A stretch of 64,000 nucleotides of DNA, taken from assembly GCA_050014195.1 (NCBI GenBank), contig JBEKDT010000017.1, forward strand, positions 1 through 64,000. The letters run 5' to 3'. Of the stretch, positions 28,616 to 38,700 are shown one piece after another (the first letter of the stretch is position 1; every line of letters begins with the position of its first letter). This DNA comes from Desulfomonilia bacterium (lineage in GTDB: Bacteria; Desulfobacterota; Desulfomonilia; UBA1062). Position numbers and translations under genes: made by a program. Below the pieces are notes generated by a model. That model saw only the letters and a program-made list of their open reading frames with translations, searched no databases and was not told where the DNA came from.

Positions 28616-29742
28616 CAGCACTCTTCTGGGGCTCGATCATGGGTGTTGTCTATGCCTATTTCGGCTACCCTGCTGTGCTGTCCCTGATATCACTCTTCAG
28701 AAAGCCCAAGGAAGTGCATGGTGATAAGGTGTCCCATCCCAGGGTGACCCTGATCATTACAGCCCACAATGAGGAAAAGAGGATAGACAGGAAAATTCAA
28801 AACACCCTTAAGATAGATTACCCCAGGGACAAGCTGGAGGTACTCTTTGCATCGGATGCATCCACCGATGCCACCGATGAGATCGTAAGTCAATATGCAC
28901 ACAAGGGGATCGGCCTGGTCAGGGCCCCTCAAAGGAGAGGCAAGGAGTTTGCCCAGAAATGCGCCATAGAAAAGGCCACAGGTGATATCATCGTGTTTTC
29001 GGATGTGGCCACCGTGATCGAGCAGGATGGAATCTCAAAGATCGTGTCCAATTTCGCAGACCCAACGGTGGGTTGTGTGAGCAGCGAAGACAGGTTCATC
29101 GACGAGAAAGGGAACGTGAGCGGTGAAGGGGCCTATGTGCATTACGAGATGTGGCTTCGCTCCCTTGAGACGAAGGTGAATTCCGTGGTGGGCCTGAGCG
29201 GGTCGTTCTTCGCCGCCCGAGCAGAGGTATGCAGGGACTGGCCCACAAACATACCCAGCGACTTCAACACACTCCTCAATTCCATCCGCAGGGGTTTCAG
29301 GGGGGTCACCGATCCGAGCAGCGTCGGCATTTATACCAATATCAAGGATGAAAAGAGAGAGCTTGACCGGAAGGTGAGGACCATAACCAGGGGGATTTCA
29401 GCCTTCATGGAGAACGTCGAGCTTATGAATCCTCTGCGTTATGGGATTTTTTCCTGGCAGCTTTTCTCGCACAAACTCATGCGATGGTTAGTGCCCTGGT
29501 TCCTTATTATTGCGATCTTCGCTCACTTTGGTCTCTCCGTGCGTAGTCGTTTCTACCGTGCATTGCTTATACCTCATGCGTGTTTTTATATCCTGGCAGT
29601 TTTGGGCTCATTGACTTCTTCATGTTCAGTATTTGTAAAAATACCCTTCTATTTCATCCAGGTGAACCGTGCCATAGCCATGGCCTGGATAAAATTCATG
29701 AAGGGCGAGCGATTTGTTACCTGGACACCCTCGGCGAGATGA
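28612..29742 (+). CDS. Family 2 glycosyltransferase
   Basis: IITAHNEE, SDASTD, VFSD and GEGAYVHYE; GTG overlaps the upstream stop. Confidence 0.9.
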   Translation: MTALFWGSIMGVVYAYFGYPAVLSLISLFRKPKEVHGDKVSHPRVTLIITAHNEEKRIDRKIQNTLKIDYPRDKLEVLFASDASTDATDEIVSQYAHKGIGLVRAPQRRGKEFAQKCAIEKATGDIIVFSDVATVIEQDGISKIVSNFADPTVGCVSSEDRFIDEKGNVSGEGAYVHYEMWLRSLETKVNSVVGLSGSFFAARAEVCRDWPTNIPSDFNTLLNSIRRGFRGVTDPSSVGIYTNIKDEKRELDRKVRTITRGISAFMENVELMNPLRYGIFSWQLFSHKLMRWLVPWFLIIAIFAHFGLSVRSRFYRALLIPHACFYILAVLGSLTSSCSVFVKIPFYFIQVNRAIAMAWIKFMKGERFVTWTPSAR

Positions 29743-29859
29743 ATTGATCTTGAAAATATATGTTATGGTTCTATTGCTCAAAAAGGATAAGACCGATATA
29801 AGAACAGTAGGGAGGAAAGATGTATTATCCCTTGCCCAACTCAAATAAGGCCGGAGTCT

Positions 29860-30726
29860 ATGAGTAATTCTTCTGAAAGAGAAACATTCGAAAATTCAAA
29901 AAAACATCTGCTGCTCTGGGGTCTGCTCACCCTGAGCTTCATTGCGTGCTATTACACAACATTTATGTGGCTGAATTACAAATACCAGGGGCAGGATTCC
30001 TACTACTCTCACGGCTACCTCATACCTTTTGTCACTGCTTACCTCATTTACCTGAAGCGTAACGAAATAAGAGAAGCACCTGTCGGGAGTTCTTCTTGGG
30101 GCCTCGGGGTTATAGTGCTTGCACTGGTGATCCGCATCTTCGGGGCCCTGGGAGACATCAACTTTGCTTCCGGTTTCTCCATAGTGCTCTATTGCTTTGG
30201 GTGTTCATTATTCTTGTTGGGCTCCCAGATAACGAAGATATTGGCCTTCCCGCTGTTATTCCTCGTGTTCATGTGCCCCATCCCCGAAGCCTATATAAAC
30301 ATCATCGCCCTGCCATCCAAGTCGATTGCAACAAGCTTGGCCTTGTTCATCATGGATATTTTCAGGGTCCCTTATATCAGGGAGGGTTTCATTGTTCATC
30401 TCGCCCAAGCCACCTTCGTGGTTGGCACGCCATGCAACGGTATGCGGTCTCTCATATCCTTTGCCGCCCTCGGCGTACTGATGCTCTACCTGTTCCGGGC
30501 ATCGTTATGGAAGAAGATCATCTTCCTGGCTATGATTCCCCCACTTGCGGTGTTGCTTAACGGGGCTCGCATTGCCCTGCTGCTCTGGATCGCATATGCA
30601 TATGGTGAAAAGGCCGCCTCCCCTGAGAGCTACCTCCATGATGGGTCGGGGCTTTTGGTCTTCATAATCGGGTTTGTAACGATGATGTTCTTGGTGAGGA
30701 AGATCAATGAACAGAAGAATAGTTAA
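29860..30726 (+). CDS. Exosortase (EpsH/Xrt family)
   Basis: YYSHGYLIP, catalytic Cys (PCNGMRSL), Arg (NGARI) and His (YLHD); multi-TM. Confidence 0.92.
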   Translation: MSNSSERETFENSKKHLLLWGLLTLSFIACYYTTFMWLNYKYQGQDSYYSHGYLIPFVTAYLIYLKRNEIREAPVGSSSWGLGVIVLALVIRIFGALGDINFASGFSIVLYCFGCSLFLLGSQITKILAFPLLFLVFMCPIPEAYINIIALPSKSIATSLALFIMDIFRVPYIREGFIVHLAQATFVVGTPCNGMRSLISFAALGVLMLYLFRASLWKKIIFLAMIPPLAVLLNGARIALLLWIAYAYGEKAASPESYLHDGSGLLVFIIGFVTMMFLVRKINEQKNS

Positions 30727-31354
30727 TTTTGTTGTAGTGATTGTCCTGACCCTCATCGCTGCAGGGCTCGTGAGTGCAGCGAAAAATACTGGCCCAATAA
30801 AGAACAAACACTTTTTCGATTTCCCCCTTGTCATTGGTGATTGGACAGGCAGGGAAATACCCATGAGTGATTATGTGTACAAAGGCATTGAGACACCATA
30901 CCTGTTTCTCCGAGATTACAGCTCGCCACGTTATCAGAATCCTGTGAATCTCTCCATCGTCTGGTTCGACGACACCAACGTTGCCTTCCATGCCCCTGAA
31001 GCATGCCTCGGCGGGGTGAGCAACGAAGTGAAAGAAGAAGGTACCCTGAGTGTCAAGCTGGACAGAGAATATGAAATAAGAAAGTTTATCACGAACCTTG
31101 GGAGTATCGATTATCTGGTTATTTACTTTTTCGATGTGGATGGATTTATCACCACAAGCCAGTCCGATATACGCATGCAGGTGCTCTCCAAGAGGCTGCT
31201 TTTCCGCAGGGCAAGCGCATCTTTCATCCGCCTCATGGCGCCGGTCCGGGCAAACGAGCAGGAGACTTTGATACCCCTTCTGGATTTTTTACGGGTAATG
31301 TACCCCCTTGTTCCCGAGTATATGTATACAAAAGCAGCCATGCGCACACGATAA
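30707..31354 (+). CDS. epsI: Exosortase-associated EpsI family protein
   Basis: FPLVIGDWTG and HAPEACL; overlaps the exosortase stop. Confidence 0.85.
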   Translation: MNRRIVNFVVVIVLTLIAAGLVSAAKNTGPIKNKHFFDFPLVIGDWTGREIPMSDYVYKGIETPYLFLRDYSSPRYQNPVNLSIVWFDDTNVAFHAPEACLGGVSNEVKEEGTLSVKLDREYEIRKFITNLGSIDYLVIYFFDVDGFITTSQSDIRMQVLSKRLLFRRASASFIRLMAPVRANEQETLIPLLDFLRVMYPLVPEYMYTKAAMRTR

Positions 31355-31387
31355 CCCCTGTTATGAGGTGCATATGGATGATGGCAT

Positions 31388-31520
31388 GAAACCTTTGCAT
31401 AACCCACTGGCCTTTAGACGTAGATCTGGAGCTGAAATCTAGCCGCAAACGCTATTAAACTATTGATATTAATTATGATAAGTGGTATTCTTTCTGCATC
31501 ATTACATATGCAAAGGTCTT
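31388..31520. mobile_element. MITE-like element with IS5/IS1106-like terminal inverted repeats
   Basis: gaaacctttgcata ... tatgcaaaggtctt; interior homologous to 50448-50563. Confidence 0.7.
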
Positions 31521-31712
31521 GTATTATCTGAATTAAGGGTCTGGTCGTGCAGGGTGAGATGGATAGAGTACAGGAACAGCTCGGAATGGTGTTCAAACCC
31601 CCGTTCCTGCTCCGATTACTGACCATCCTGACTGGTTCCTTGATGAAATCCGCATTGCCCTCTATCGGTTCTTGAAAATGGAAAGAACACTAATGTCTGG
31701 AGAACGAAAACC

Positions 31713-32279
31713 ATGAACATTCTGTATACTCTGCTACAAAAGACATACCATAGGTTCAGAAGGATAAAGACAGAGAAATATTTCCAGAGTCTCATCGCCC
31801 GGGGGCTCACCATCGGTGAAGGCTGCATATTGCCGGATATCGAGAGTGTGTACTGGGATGTATCACATTGTTACCTGATTTCCATCGGAAATCACTGTGG
31901 CATCGCCTCCAATGTCCGGTTTATTGCCCATGACGGCAGCACAAAACTGTTTCTGGATTATACGAAGTTCGCCAGGATAGAGGTGAAAGACAACACTATG
32001 ATAGGCGATTCAGCCATGATCCTCCCCGGGGTGACCATCGGCCCCAACTCCATCGTTGCAGCCGGCGCGGTGGTCACCAAAGATGTGCCCCCCAATACCA
32101 TCGTGGCAGGAAACCCAGTAAGGGTCATCGCAAAGCTGGATGAGTATCTGGCAAAGATCGAGGCCATAAGGAAAGGGAAAAAGGTCTTTGACGAAAGCTA
32201 TTACATCGAGAATCTCACGGAAGAAAAGAAGAGAGAACTCCTCGACTCCATAGGCCCCAACTTCGGATTGATCATATAA
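31713..32279 (+). CDS. Hexapeptide-repeat acyltransferase
   Basis: IGDSAMILPGVTIGPNSIVAAGAVVTKDVPPNTIVAGNP. Confidence 0.9.
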   Translation: MNILYTLLQKTYHRFRRIKTEKYFQSLIARGLTIGEGCILPDIESVYWDVSHCYLISIGNHCGIASNVRFIAHDGSTKLFLDYTKFARIEVKDNTMIGDSAMILPGVTIGPNSIVAAGAVVTKDVPPNTIVAGNPVRVIAKLDEYLAKIEAIRKGKKVFDESYYIENLTEEKKRELLDSIGPNFGLII

Positions 32280-32311
32280 ATAAATTCCCCCAAGTACATA
32301 TAAAAGGACTC

Positions 32312-33337
32312 ATGAGTTATCACATAGAAATAACAGAAAATCCTGCCGGATATAAAGACCAGATCATCCGCATGTGGCAGGAATACCTGCCAGACACCAT
32401 GCCGGAACGCTACGAGTGGCTTAACATTGGCAGCCCTGCCGGCAAGGCCTGGTGGTTTCTTGCCCTGGATGACCAGTCAAAGATTCTTCTCGGTTTCATA
32501 ACCCTCCTGCCGAGGCAGATTATCTGGAAGGGAGAGAAGCTGCTTTCCGGCATCATGGGTGATTTTGTGGTGGATAAGCCGCACCGGGGCTTCGGACTGG
32601 GGTTACAGCTCCCGCGGCATGCCTTGGATAAGGCGCTCGAGCTCGGGTTCAGCCTGATATACGTGATCCCGTACTATGGATCCATCAAACATTTCGAGCG
32701 GGCGGGGTTAAGACACAAGATCCGCCTTCGCTGGCTCATCAAGCCCCTGGATTTCCGTCGGTACGTGAGGAATCCCATTGCAGCGCGAACATTGAATATC
32801 GCGGCGCTCCTCTTCGACCGGGTCAGTCAGTCACTGTTTCTGAACCCGTTTGTGCTCAGGGGCAGCTATTTTGAAGAGGTAGAAAGCATCGGGCATGATT
32901 TCGATAACTTCTGGGCGAAACTAAAAAACGGGAGAGATGACATCCTTGGCAGTCGGGATTCCCGGTATCTCACCTGGAGATACCTGCAGAATCCGCTGAT
33001 GAAGTTCCAGGTGCTCACTTTCAGGCAACGAGCTTCAGAAGATCTGCTGGGGTATGTGATATTCACCATCAATGGTGGCAAGCTGGATGTTTATGATATT
33101 CAATACCTGCAGAAGAAGGTTAAATATCTCCTTGTCCAGAAGTTGATCCGGATTGCCAAAAGAGAAAGATGTGAAGCCGTGTACATCCTTTTATCAGCTG
33201 GCGACAATGCACTCTCAACCCTGAAAGTATTCGGGTTCATCCCCAGCGAGGGAAAAAATCCCCTGTGCTATGCTGCAATGGATCCGGAATTGAACCTCGA
33301 CACCTGGCGGTTTTTCCAGGGTGACCGGAATGTATGA
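32312..33337 (+). CDS. GNAT-family N-acyltransferase (tandem GNAT fold)
   Basis: DFVVDKPHRGFGLG acyl-CoA motif; RDSRYLTWRY. Confidence 0.8.
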   Translation: MSYHIEITENPAGYKDQIIRMWQEYLPDTMPERYEWLNIGSPAGKAWWFLALDDQSKILLGFITLLPRQIIWKGEKLLSGIMGDFVVDKPHRGFGLGLQLPRHALDKALELGFSLIYVIPYYGSIKHFERAGLRHKIRLRWLIKPLDFRRYVRNPIAARTLNIAALLFDRVSQSLFLNPFVLRGSYFEEVESIGHDFDNFWAKLKNGRDDILGSRDSRYLTWRYLQNPLMKFQVLTFRQRASEDLLGYVIFTINGGKLDVYDIQYLQKKVKYLLVQKLIRIAKRERCEAVYILLSAGDNALSTLKVFGFIPSEGKNPLCYAAMDPELNLDTWRFFQGDRNV

Positions 33338-33367
33338 ACACAAGGAAAGGGAATTTTAATCTCAGCC

Positions 33368-33405
33368 GGGTTAATTCCTCGCAGCTTGCTGCGGGGTAAT
33401 TCATT
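33368..33405. repeat. GCAGCTTGCTGC-type palindromic REP-like element
   Basis: gggttaattcctcgcagcttgctgcggggtaattca; related copies at 50575-50657. Confidence 0.65.
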
Positions 33406-33436
33406 GGATGCCTTTTCCAGGGGGAAGCTCAGGGTC

Positions 33437-33692
33437 ATGATCCTTGCCTCCGGGGATCTCTGGGCAGGGGCCGAGGCGGTTGTGTACGAGCTGTGCTCGG
33501 GCCTGAAAGATCATGCCCTGGTGGAGGTCACGGCAGCGTTCCTGAATGAAGGCGTCCTGGCCGGCCAGACTCATGGAGGACAGGCTAGCAGCCAGGTCGA
33601 TGGGGATGCAGGCCTGGCAGAAGATCGAACGGGAATTTTTATCACGAAAAATGGTGCAGGACTATTATGAGCTCTACACCTCTCTATTCTGA
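33437..33692 (+). pseudogene. Internally deleted GT4 glycosyltransferase
   Basis: N-terminus ASGDLWAGAEAVVYEL (compare the 45960 gene, ISGDLWAGAEVQ) is joined out of frame to the GT4-type tail LMEDRLAARSMGMQAWQKIEREFLSRKMVQDYYELY. Confidence 0.8.
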
Positions 33693-33701
33693 GGGAAATC
33701 G

Positions 33702-34817
33702 ATGACCAATCGAAGATACACCTTGATGCAGGTAACCCACGACCTCGATATCGGCGGTCTTCAGCAGGTTGTGGTCAATATCTGCAAGTCCATTAACAGG
33801 GAGAAGTTCGATGTCTCGGTACTCTGTCTGAGAAACCTGGGGGCCTATGTCCCGGAAGTAGAGGGCCTGGGGTTGAAGGTGCACTTTATTCCTCAGAAAG
33901 AATCAGGTGTGGATTATTTTTCCTTTGTGAAGGCTGCAGAGGTTTTCAAAAGGGAAAACGTGGAGATCATCCACACCCACAACACCCAGCCTTTGATAGA
34001 CGGTACCCTGGGCGCTCTTCTCTCAGGCGTGAAAACCATCGTCCATACCGATCATGCCAGGAATTTTCCTGATAAGAAGCGCTACATGTTCGCAGAGTGG
34101 TGTATGTCGCATCTGGTATATAAAATGGTGGGAGTATCCGATCACACTGTAGCCAATCTAAGGAAATATGAAAGGATCCCCCATAAAAAATTAACCACCA
34201 TTCCCAATGGAATTGATGGTGGAAAATATCAAGTATCTATCGACAAAAACAGGAAAAGGAAAGAACTTGGCATTCCCCACGATGGCCCTATTATTGGGTT
34301 GGGTGTACGGATCGCCGAGCAGAAAGGCATCACCTATCTTTTACACGCCATGCCCGCTATCCTGAAGCGGTTTCCCGATCTCTCCCTGGTCATTGCCGGT
34401 GATGGCAATCTTGTGGAGGCATTGAAGCAGGAGGCAAGGGAGTTGAACATCGACAGCCATGTGTTTTTTGTTGGGCCCCGCCTCGATATGCCGGAGCTTC
34501 TCAAGCTGTTTCATCTCTATGTGCTCCCCTCGCTGTGGGAAGGCCTTCCCATGGTGCTGCTGGAGGCCATGGCAGCCGGTTGCCCTATCGTGGCCACCCA
34601 TGTGGGAGGCAACGCCCAGGCCATAACAGATGGATACAACGGGACCCTGATCGAGTCGCGGAATCCACAAAAACTGGCTGAAGGAGTGGTGGACCTTCTT
34701 TGTCGGGAAGATCTAAGAGAAAAGTACATTCGTAACGGTCTCCAGGTTTTTAGGGACAGATTCAGTGCGGATATCATGACGCGGCGGTATGAGGAGCTAT
34801 ATCTTAGAAAAGGATGA
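33702..34817 (+). CDS. Family 4 glycosyltransferase
   Basis: GGLQQVV, IPNGID and EGLPMVLLEAMAAG. Confidence 0.93.
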   Translation: MTNRRYTLMQVTHDLDIGGLQQVVVNICKSINREKFDVSVLCLRNLGAYVPEVEGLGLKVHFIPQKESGVDYFSFVKAAEVFKRENVEIIHTHNTQPLIDGTLGALLSGVKTIVHTDHARNFPDKKRYMFAEWCMSHLVYKMVGVSDHTVANLRKYERIPHKKLTTIPNGIDGGKYQVSIDKNRKRKELGIPHDGPIIGLGVRIAEQKGITYLLHAMPAILKRFPDLSLVIAGDGNLVEALKQEARELNIDSHVFFVGPRLDMPELLKLFHLYVLPSLWEGLPMVLLEAMAAGCPIVATHVGGNAQAITDGYNGTLIESRNPQKLAEGVVDLLCREDLREKYIRNGLQVFRDRFSADIMTRRYEELYLRKG

Positions 34818-34832
34818 GGGAGTTTTTTCTCA

Positions 34833-36032
34833 ATGTTAAAAACAGAGGTAGGCACGAAAAGAAGAATCCTCTATATCGAATCGAACACGGATGGAACCAT
34901 CGGCGGCTCCTATTATAGTCTCCTGTATCTCCTGGAAGGGTTGAACAAAGAGCTCTATGAGCCGCACGTGCTCTTCTGCCAAGATAACATCCTGGTACCC
35001 AGATTTAAGGAGGTGGCGGAAGAGGTCATTGTGCATAATTATGACCCTTCAGGCAGTAATCCGTTCAATTCCTGGAAGGCCATCCCGAGATTCATGAAGC
35101 ACATCGTTCTGAAACAGCTGGAATTGCGGAAGATCATCAAAAGGGTCAGGCCCGACCTTGTTCACCTGAATAATACCTATGCAGCAAACCACGAATGGAT
35201 GCTGGCATGTCGCCTCAACAATATCAGGATCGTGGCTCACGACCGCGGAACCAGGCCCCCTTCAACATGGCAGACGAGAGTTTTCATCCGCTTCTTGGAG
35301 GCTACGATATCCGTTAGCGAAGCGTATAAAAATATAGTAATTGAGCAGGGGCTAAAACCCAAAAGAATCAGAAGGGTATACAATGGGCTGGACGCCGAAA
35401 AGTTAAAAAAATATCGTTCGATACAAGACAGGCGCAAGGTCAGGGAAAGCCTAGGAATAAATGAGAACACCATCCTCGTGGGTATGGTGGGGAACATTGA
35501 TTACTGGAAAGGCCAGTTGGTTTTCATCAAGGCCATGGATATTTTGGTCAAGGAGAATAGGGATATTCATGGAGTAATCATTGGGAAAACCGCAATTGGC
35601 GCAGAAAGTTATGAACAGGAAATTCAACAATTTCTTAATGATAAAAAGATCACGGGTAAAGTGAATCTGTTGGGGTTCAGACAAGATATCCCGCAACTTT
35701 TAAATGCAATGGACATATTTGTTCATGCCTCTGTGGAACCGGAGCCCTTTGGGAGGGTGATTTTAGAGGCAATGGCCATGGCAAAACCCATCGTAGCCAC
35801 AAAATCTGGAGGTACCTTAGAACAAATAGAGCATGAACATTCGGGCTTGTTAGTTCCTATGGGCGATCATCAGTCTATGGCTAATGCGATTAAAAAATAT
35901 ACAACTGATATGAAATGGGCGAATAGCATCGGCGATAATGCCTTAGAAAGATTAAATGGATTTTTTTCTATAGCAAATATGGTGAAGGGCGTTGAAGACG
36001 TTTACGAAGAGATATTCGACTCCAGGAAATAG
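34833..36032 (+). CDS. Family 4 glycosyltransferase
   Basis: VYNGLD, WKGQ and EPFGRVILEAMA. Confidence 0.93.
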   Translation: MLKTEVGTKRRILYIESNTDGTIGGSYYSLLYLLEGLNKELYEPHVLFCQDNILVPRFKEVAEEVIVHNYDPSGSNPFNSWKAIPRFMKHIVLKQLELRKIIKRVRPDLVHLNNTYAANHEWMLACRLNNIRIVAHDRGTRPPSTWQTRVFIRFLEATISVSEAYKNIVIEQGLKPKRIRRVYNGLDAEKLKKYRSIQDRRKVRESLGINENTILVGMVGNIDYWKGQLVFIKAMDILVKENRDIHGVIIGKTAIGAESYEQEIQQFLNDKKITGKVNLLGFRQDIPQLLNAMDIFVHASVEPEPFGRVILEAMAMAKPIVATKSGGTLEQIEHEHSGLLVPMGDHQSMANAIKKYTTDMKWANSIGDNALERLNGFFSIANMVKGVEDVYEEIFDSRK

Positions 36033-36066
36033 AAAGCTGAGCTGAGCATCAAAGTTTCTCAACACT

Positions 36067-37509
36067 ATGTCTGTTGAAATGAAAGCAGCTAAAGGCGCCA
36101 CCTGGCTGGCCATATTCCAGTTTACCGGCCAGGTCGTCTCATGGGTGGCCACTGTTATTGTGGCGCGGATCCTTGTCCCCGCTGACTATGGGTTAATGGA
36201 GATGGCCACCCTTATCACCGGCTATGCATTCATCTTTAACGAGCTCGGGCTCGGGCAGGCCATCATCCAGAGCCCCACCGCATCAGAGGGTCAACTATCC
36301 TCGGTCTTCTGGTTTTCGATGCTGTTGAGTCTCTTCTTTGCCCTGTTCGCCGTGGTCATTGCATACCCGACTGCCCTCATTTTCAATGAACCCCGGGTTA
36401 TTCCATTGACACAGACAACATCGATCCTGTTTATCCTTTCAGGCCTGCAGATTGTTCCCCAGTCCCTGTTAAACAAGGAGATGAAGTTCCGAAGCAGCGG
36501 CTATATCTATATGATGGGGGTTCTGGTTTCATGCATATGCATGGTCATAATTGCCACATTGGGCGGTGGTGTATGGACCCTTATTTGGGGGCACATTATC
36601 AGGAGCTTCACACAAATGGTTCTTGTTTATTATACCACTGGGTGGCGACCGAAATTTTCTTTTCATTTTCAGGAGGCGAGACAGTTCATACACTTCGGGG
36701 TATTGGTGGCGATCGGAAGGTCTCTGTTTTATGTATATCAAAAGTCCGATAAGTTTTTTGCAGGCAGGGCCTGGCCGGCGCAATCACTAGGTCTTTACAC
36801 CCTTGCCCTGCAGCTTGCCATGATCCCGACAGACAAGATTGTCACCATCATCAACCAGGTTTCATACTCTGCATTCGCAGCCCTTCAGTATGAAAAGGAG
36901 AGGTTCAATGCATTGTATTTAAATATTTCAAAAATTACCGCAACGTTGGTTTTTCCGATTTTCTGTGGGGGATTCTTAGTTGGTGATGACCTGATCAGGG
37001 TACTCCTTACTAAACAATGGTACCCCATGATTCCCCTGTTCCGGTACCTGTGCCTGGTACAGATTTTTGTTGCAATGAGCGCAGTGAATGGATTCGTTCA
37101 TTCAGCCATGGGAAGACCCGGGAGGAATTTGATCTTAAATGCAACCCTGGTCGCATTCATGCCGATATCGTTTTATTTTGCAGTACAGTATGGATTGAAC
37201 GCTATCCTGGTGCCCTGGTTTACGATATACCTGATCATTAATTGTGCATGGTTGCTTTATTCATTACAGAAGACTGAAATACCCGTGGTTTCATACCTGA
37301 ATTCAATTAAGATCCCCTTTATGGCTACTGCAATAATGTTATTCGCAATTATCCTGGTGGAACATGGCTTGGGAATTCTCTATCCTTACCTGCCAATATA
37401 CGGGTCATTTGCAATTGATGTGCTTGTTGGTACAGCAGTGTACGTGTTCTTTCTCTGGAAAATTGACGGTGACCTGGTGAGAATGTTGAGAATGTTGGTG
37501 AAAAGATAA
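36067..37509 (+). CDS. Wzx-type polysaccharide flippase (WzxC/PST family)
   Basis: ARILVPADYGL, ELGLGQAIIQ and LGLYTLA; about 12-14 TMs. Confidence 0.88.
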   Translation: MSVEMKAAKGATWLAIFQFTGQVVSWVATVIVARILVPADYGLMEMATLITGYAFIFNELGLGQAIIQSPTASEGQLSSVFWFSMLLSLFFALFAVVIAYPTALIFNEPRVIPLTQTTSILFILSGLQIVPQSLLNKEMKFRSSGYIYMMGVLVSCICMVIIATLGGGVWTLIWGHIIRSFTQMVLVYYTTGWRPKFSFHFQEARQFIHFGVLVAIGRSLFYVYQKSDKFFAGRAWPAQSLGLYTLALQLAMIPTDKIVTIINQVSYSAFAALQYEKERFNALYLNISKITATLVFPIFCGGFLVGDDLIRVLLTKQWYPMIPLFRYLCLVQIFVAMSAVNGFVHSAMGRPGRNLILNATLVAFMPISFYFAVQYGLNAILVPWFTIYLIINCAWLLYSLQKTEIPVVSYLNSIKIPFMATAIMLFAIILVEHGLGILYPYLPIYGSFAIDVLVGTAVYVFFLWKIDGDLVRMLRMLVKR

Positions 37510-37527
37510 CGACTGAGGAGATTGTCT

Positions 37528-38700
37528 ATGCGTCCGGTTCGATTGCTCTTTCTTGGTGGTGGCCCTATGATGCCCACCACGCAACCTATGGAGATGCTGA
37601 AACATGAATACTTCAGCAAATATTTCAGTGGCGATATCATCACGTCCATTATACACCCCAAACACAAGGTGATAAAATCCATCGGCAATTTTCAATATCA
37701 TCCGTTTGTGGTTTCAGGAAACACCCTGGTGAAAAACATTAAATTGATAGCAATCTATATCAACAAAGCTTTGGAGATGTATCGAAGAAATGGAAAGTAC
37801 GATGTTATTATTGCGCCCAATCCATTGCTTACCGGTTTGATCGCCTTGTTAGTAGGCAAGATAATTGGTGCTCGTGTAATCATTGAGGTGAACGGCAATT
37901 TTGAATCTGCATTCAAATATGGGAGAAAAGGGGAGATTACACCAGCCCGCATTGAGTCGTTGAAGGAGATATATTCCAGGATAACCATTCCTTTTATCCT
38001 GAAGAGAGCCGATATGGTTAAGCTTGTGTCAGATAACCAGTTGAAGCCCTTCAATATCAAACCAGATTCTATTCGGAGAAGCTCTTTCCCTAATTTTGTT
38101 CCAATTAAAAAGTTTATTGAAAGCCAGAAGAGCGATAAAAAGTATATTCTATTATTAGGGTATCCATGGTATTTGAAGGGGGTGGATCTACTCATAAAGG
38201 CATTCAATATGATAACAGTTGAATTCCCTGAATATCAACTAAAGGTTGTCGGTTGGTGTCCTGAGGGAAAGGAATATTATGAATCATTGGCAGGTAACAA
38301 TTCAAGAATAGAATTATGTGATCCCGTGTATTATGAAAGCGTGATCCCTTTAATGGCAGAATGTTCCCTGTATGTTCTTGCATCTCGGACAGACGCCTCA
38401 CCACGGGTTTTGAGGGAGGCCATGGCATGCAGAAAACCGATAATCGCATCAAACATCGATGGGGTGCCGGATTTAATTAAAGACGGGTATAATGGCCTGT
38501 TATTTGAAAAAGAAAACATTGATGATCTTGCGGAGAAATTGAAGCTTCTTCTGGAAAATAAGGAATTGGCAGACACATTGGCTGAAAATGGTTTTCACTA
38601 TGTACAGGAAAACCTATCAGAAGAGTGTTACATAAATAATTACAGGAAAATGATTGATGAATGCTTATCAATTCATTGCGCTAATGAGATTCAAATATGA
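37528..38700 (+). CDS. Family 4 glycosyltransferase
   Basis: KGVDLLIKAF and DASPRVLREAMAC. Confidence 0.88.
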   Translation: MRPVRLLFLGGGPMMPTTQPMEMLKHEYFSKYFSGDIITSIIHPKHKVIKSIGNFQYHPFVVSGNTLVKNIKLIAIYINKALEMYRRNGKYDVIIAPNPLLTGLIALLVGKIIGARVIIEVNGNFESAFKYGRKGEITPARIESLKEIYSRITIPFILKRADMVKLVSDNQLKPFNIKPDSIRRSSFPNFVPIKKFIESQKSDKKYILLLGYPWYLKGVDLLIKAFNMITVEFPEYQLKVVGWCPEGKEYYESLAGNNSRIELCDPVYYESVIPLMAECSLYVLASRTDASPRVLREAMACRKPIIASNIDGVPDLIKDGYNGLLFEKENIDDLAEKLKLLLENKELADTLAENGFHYVQENLSEECYINNYRKMIDECLSIHCANEIQI

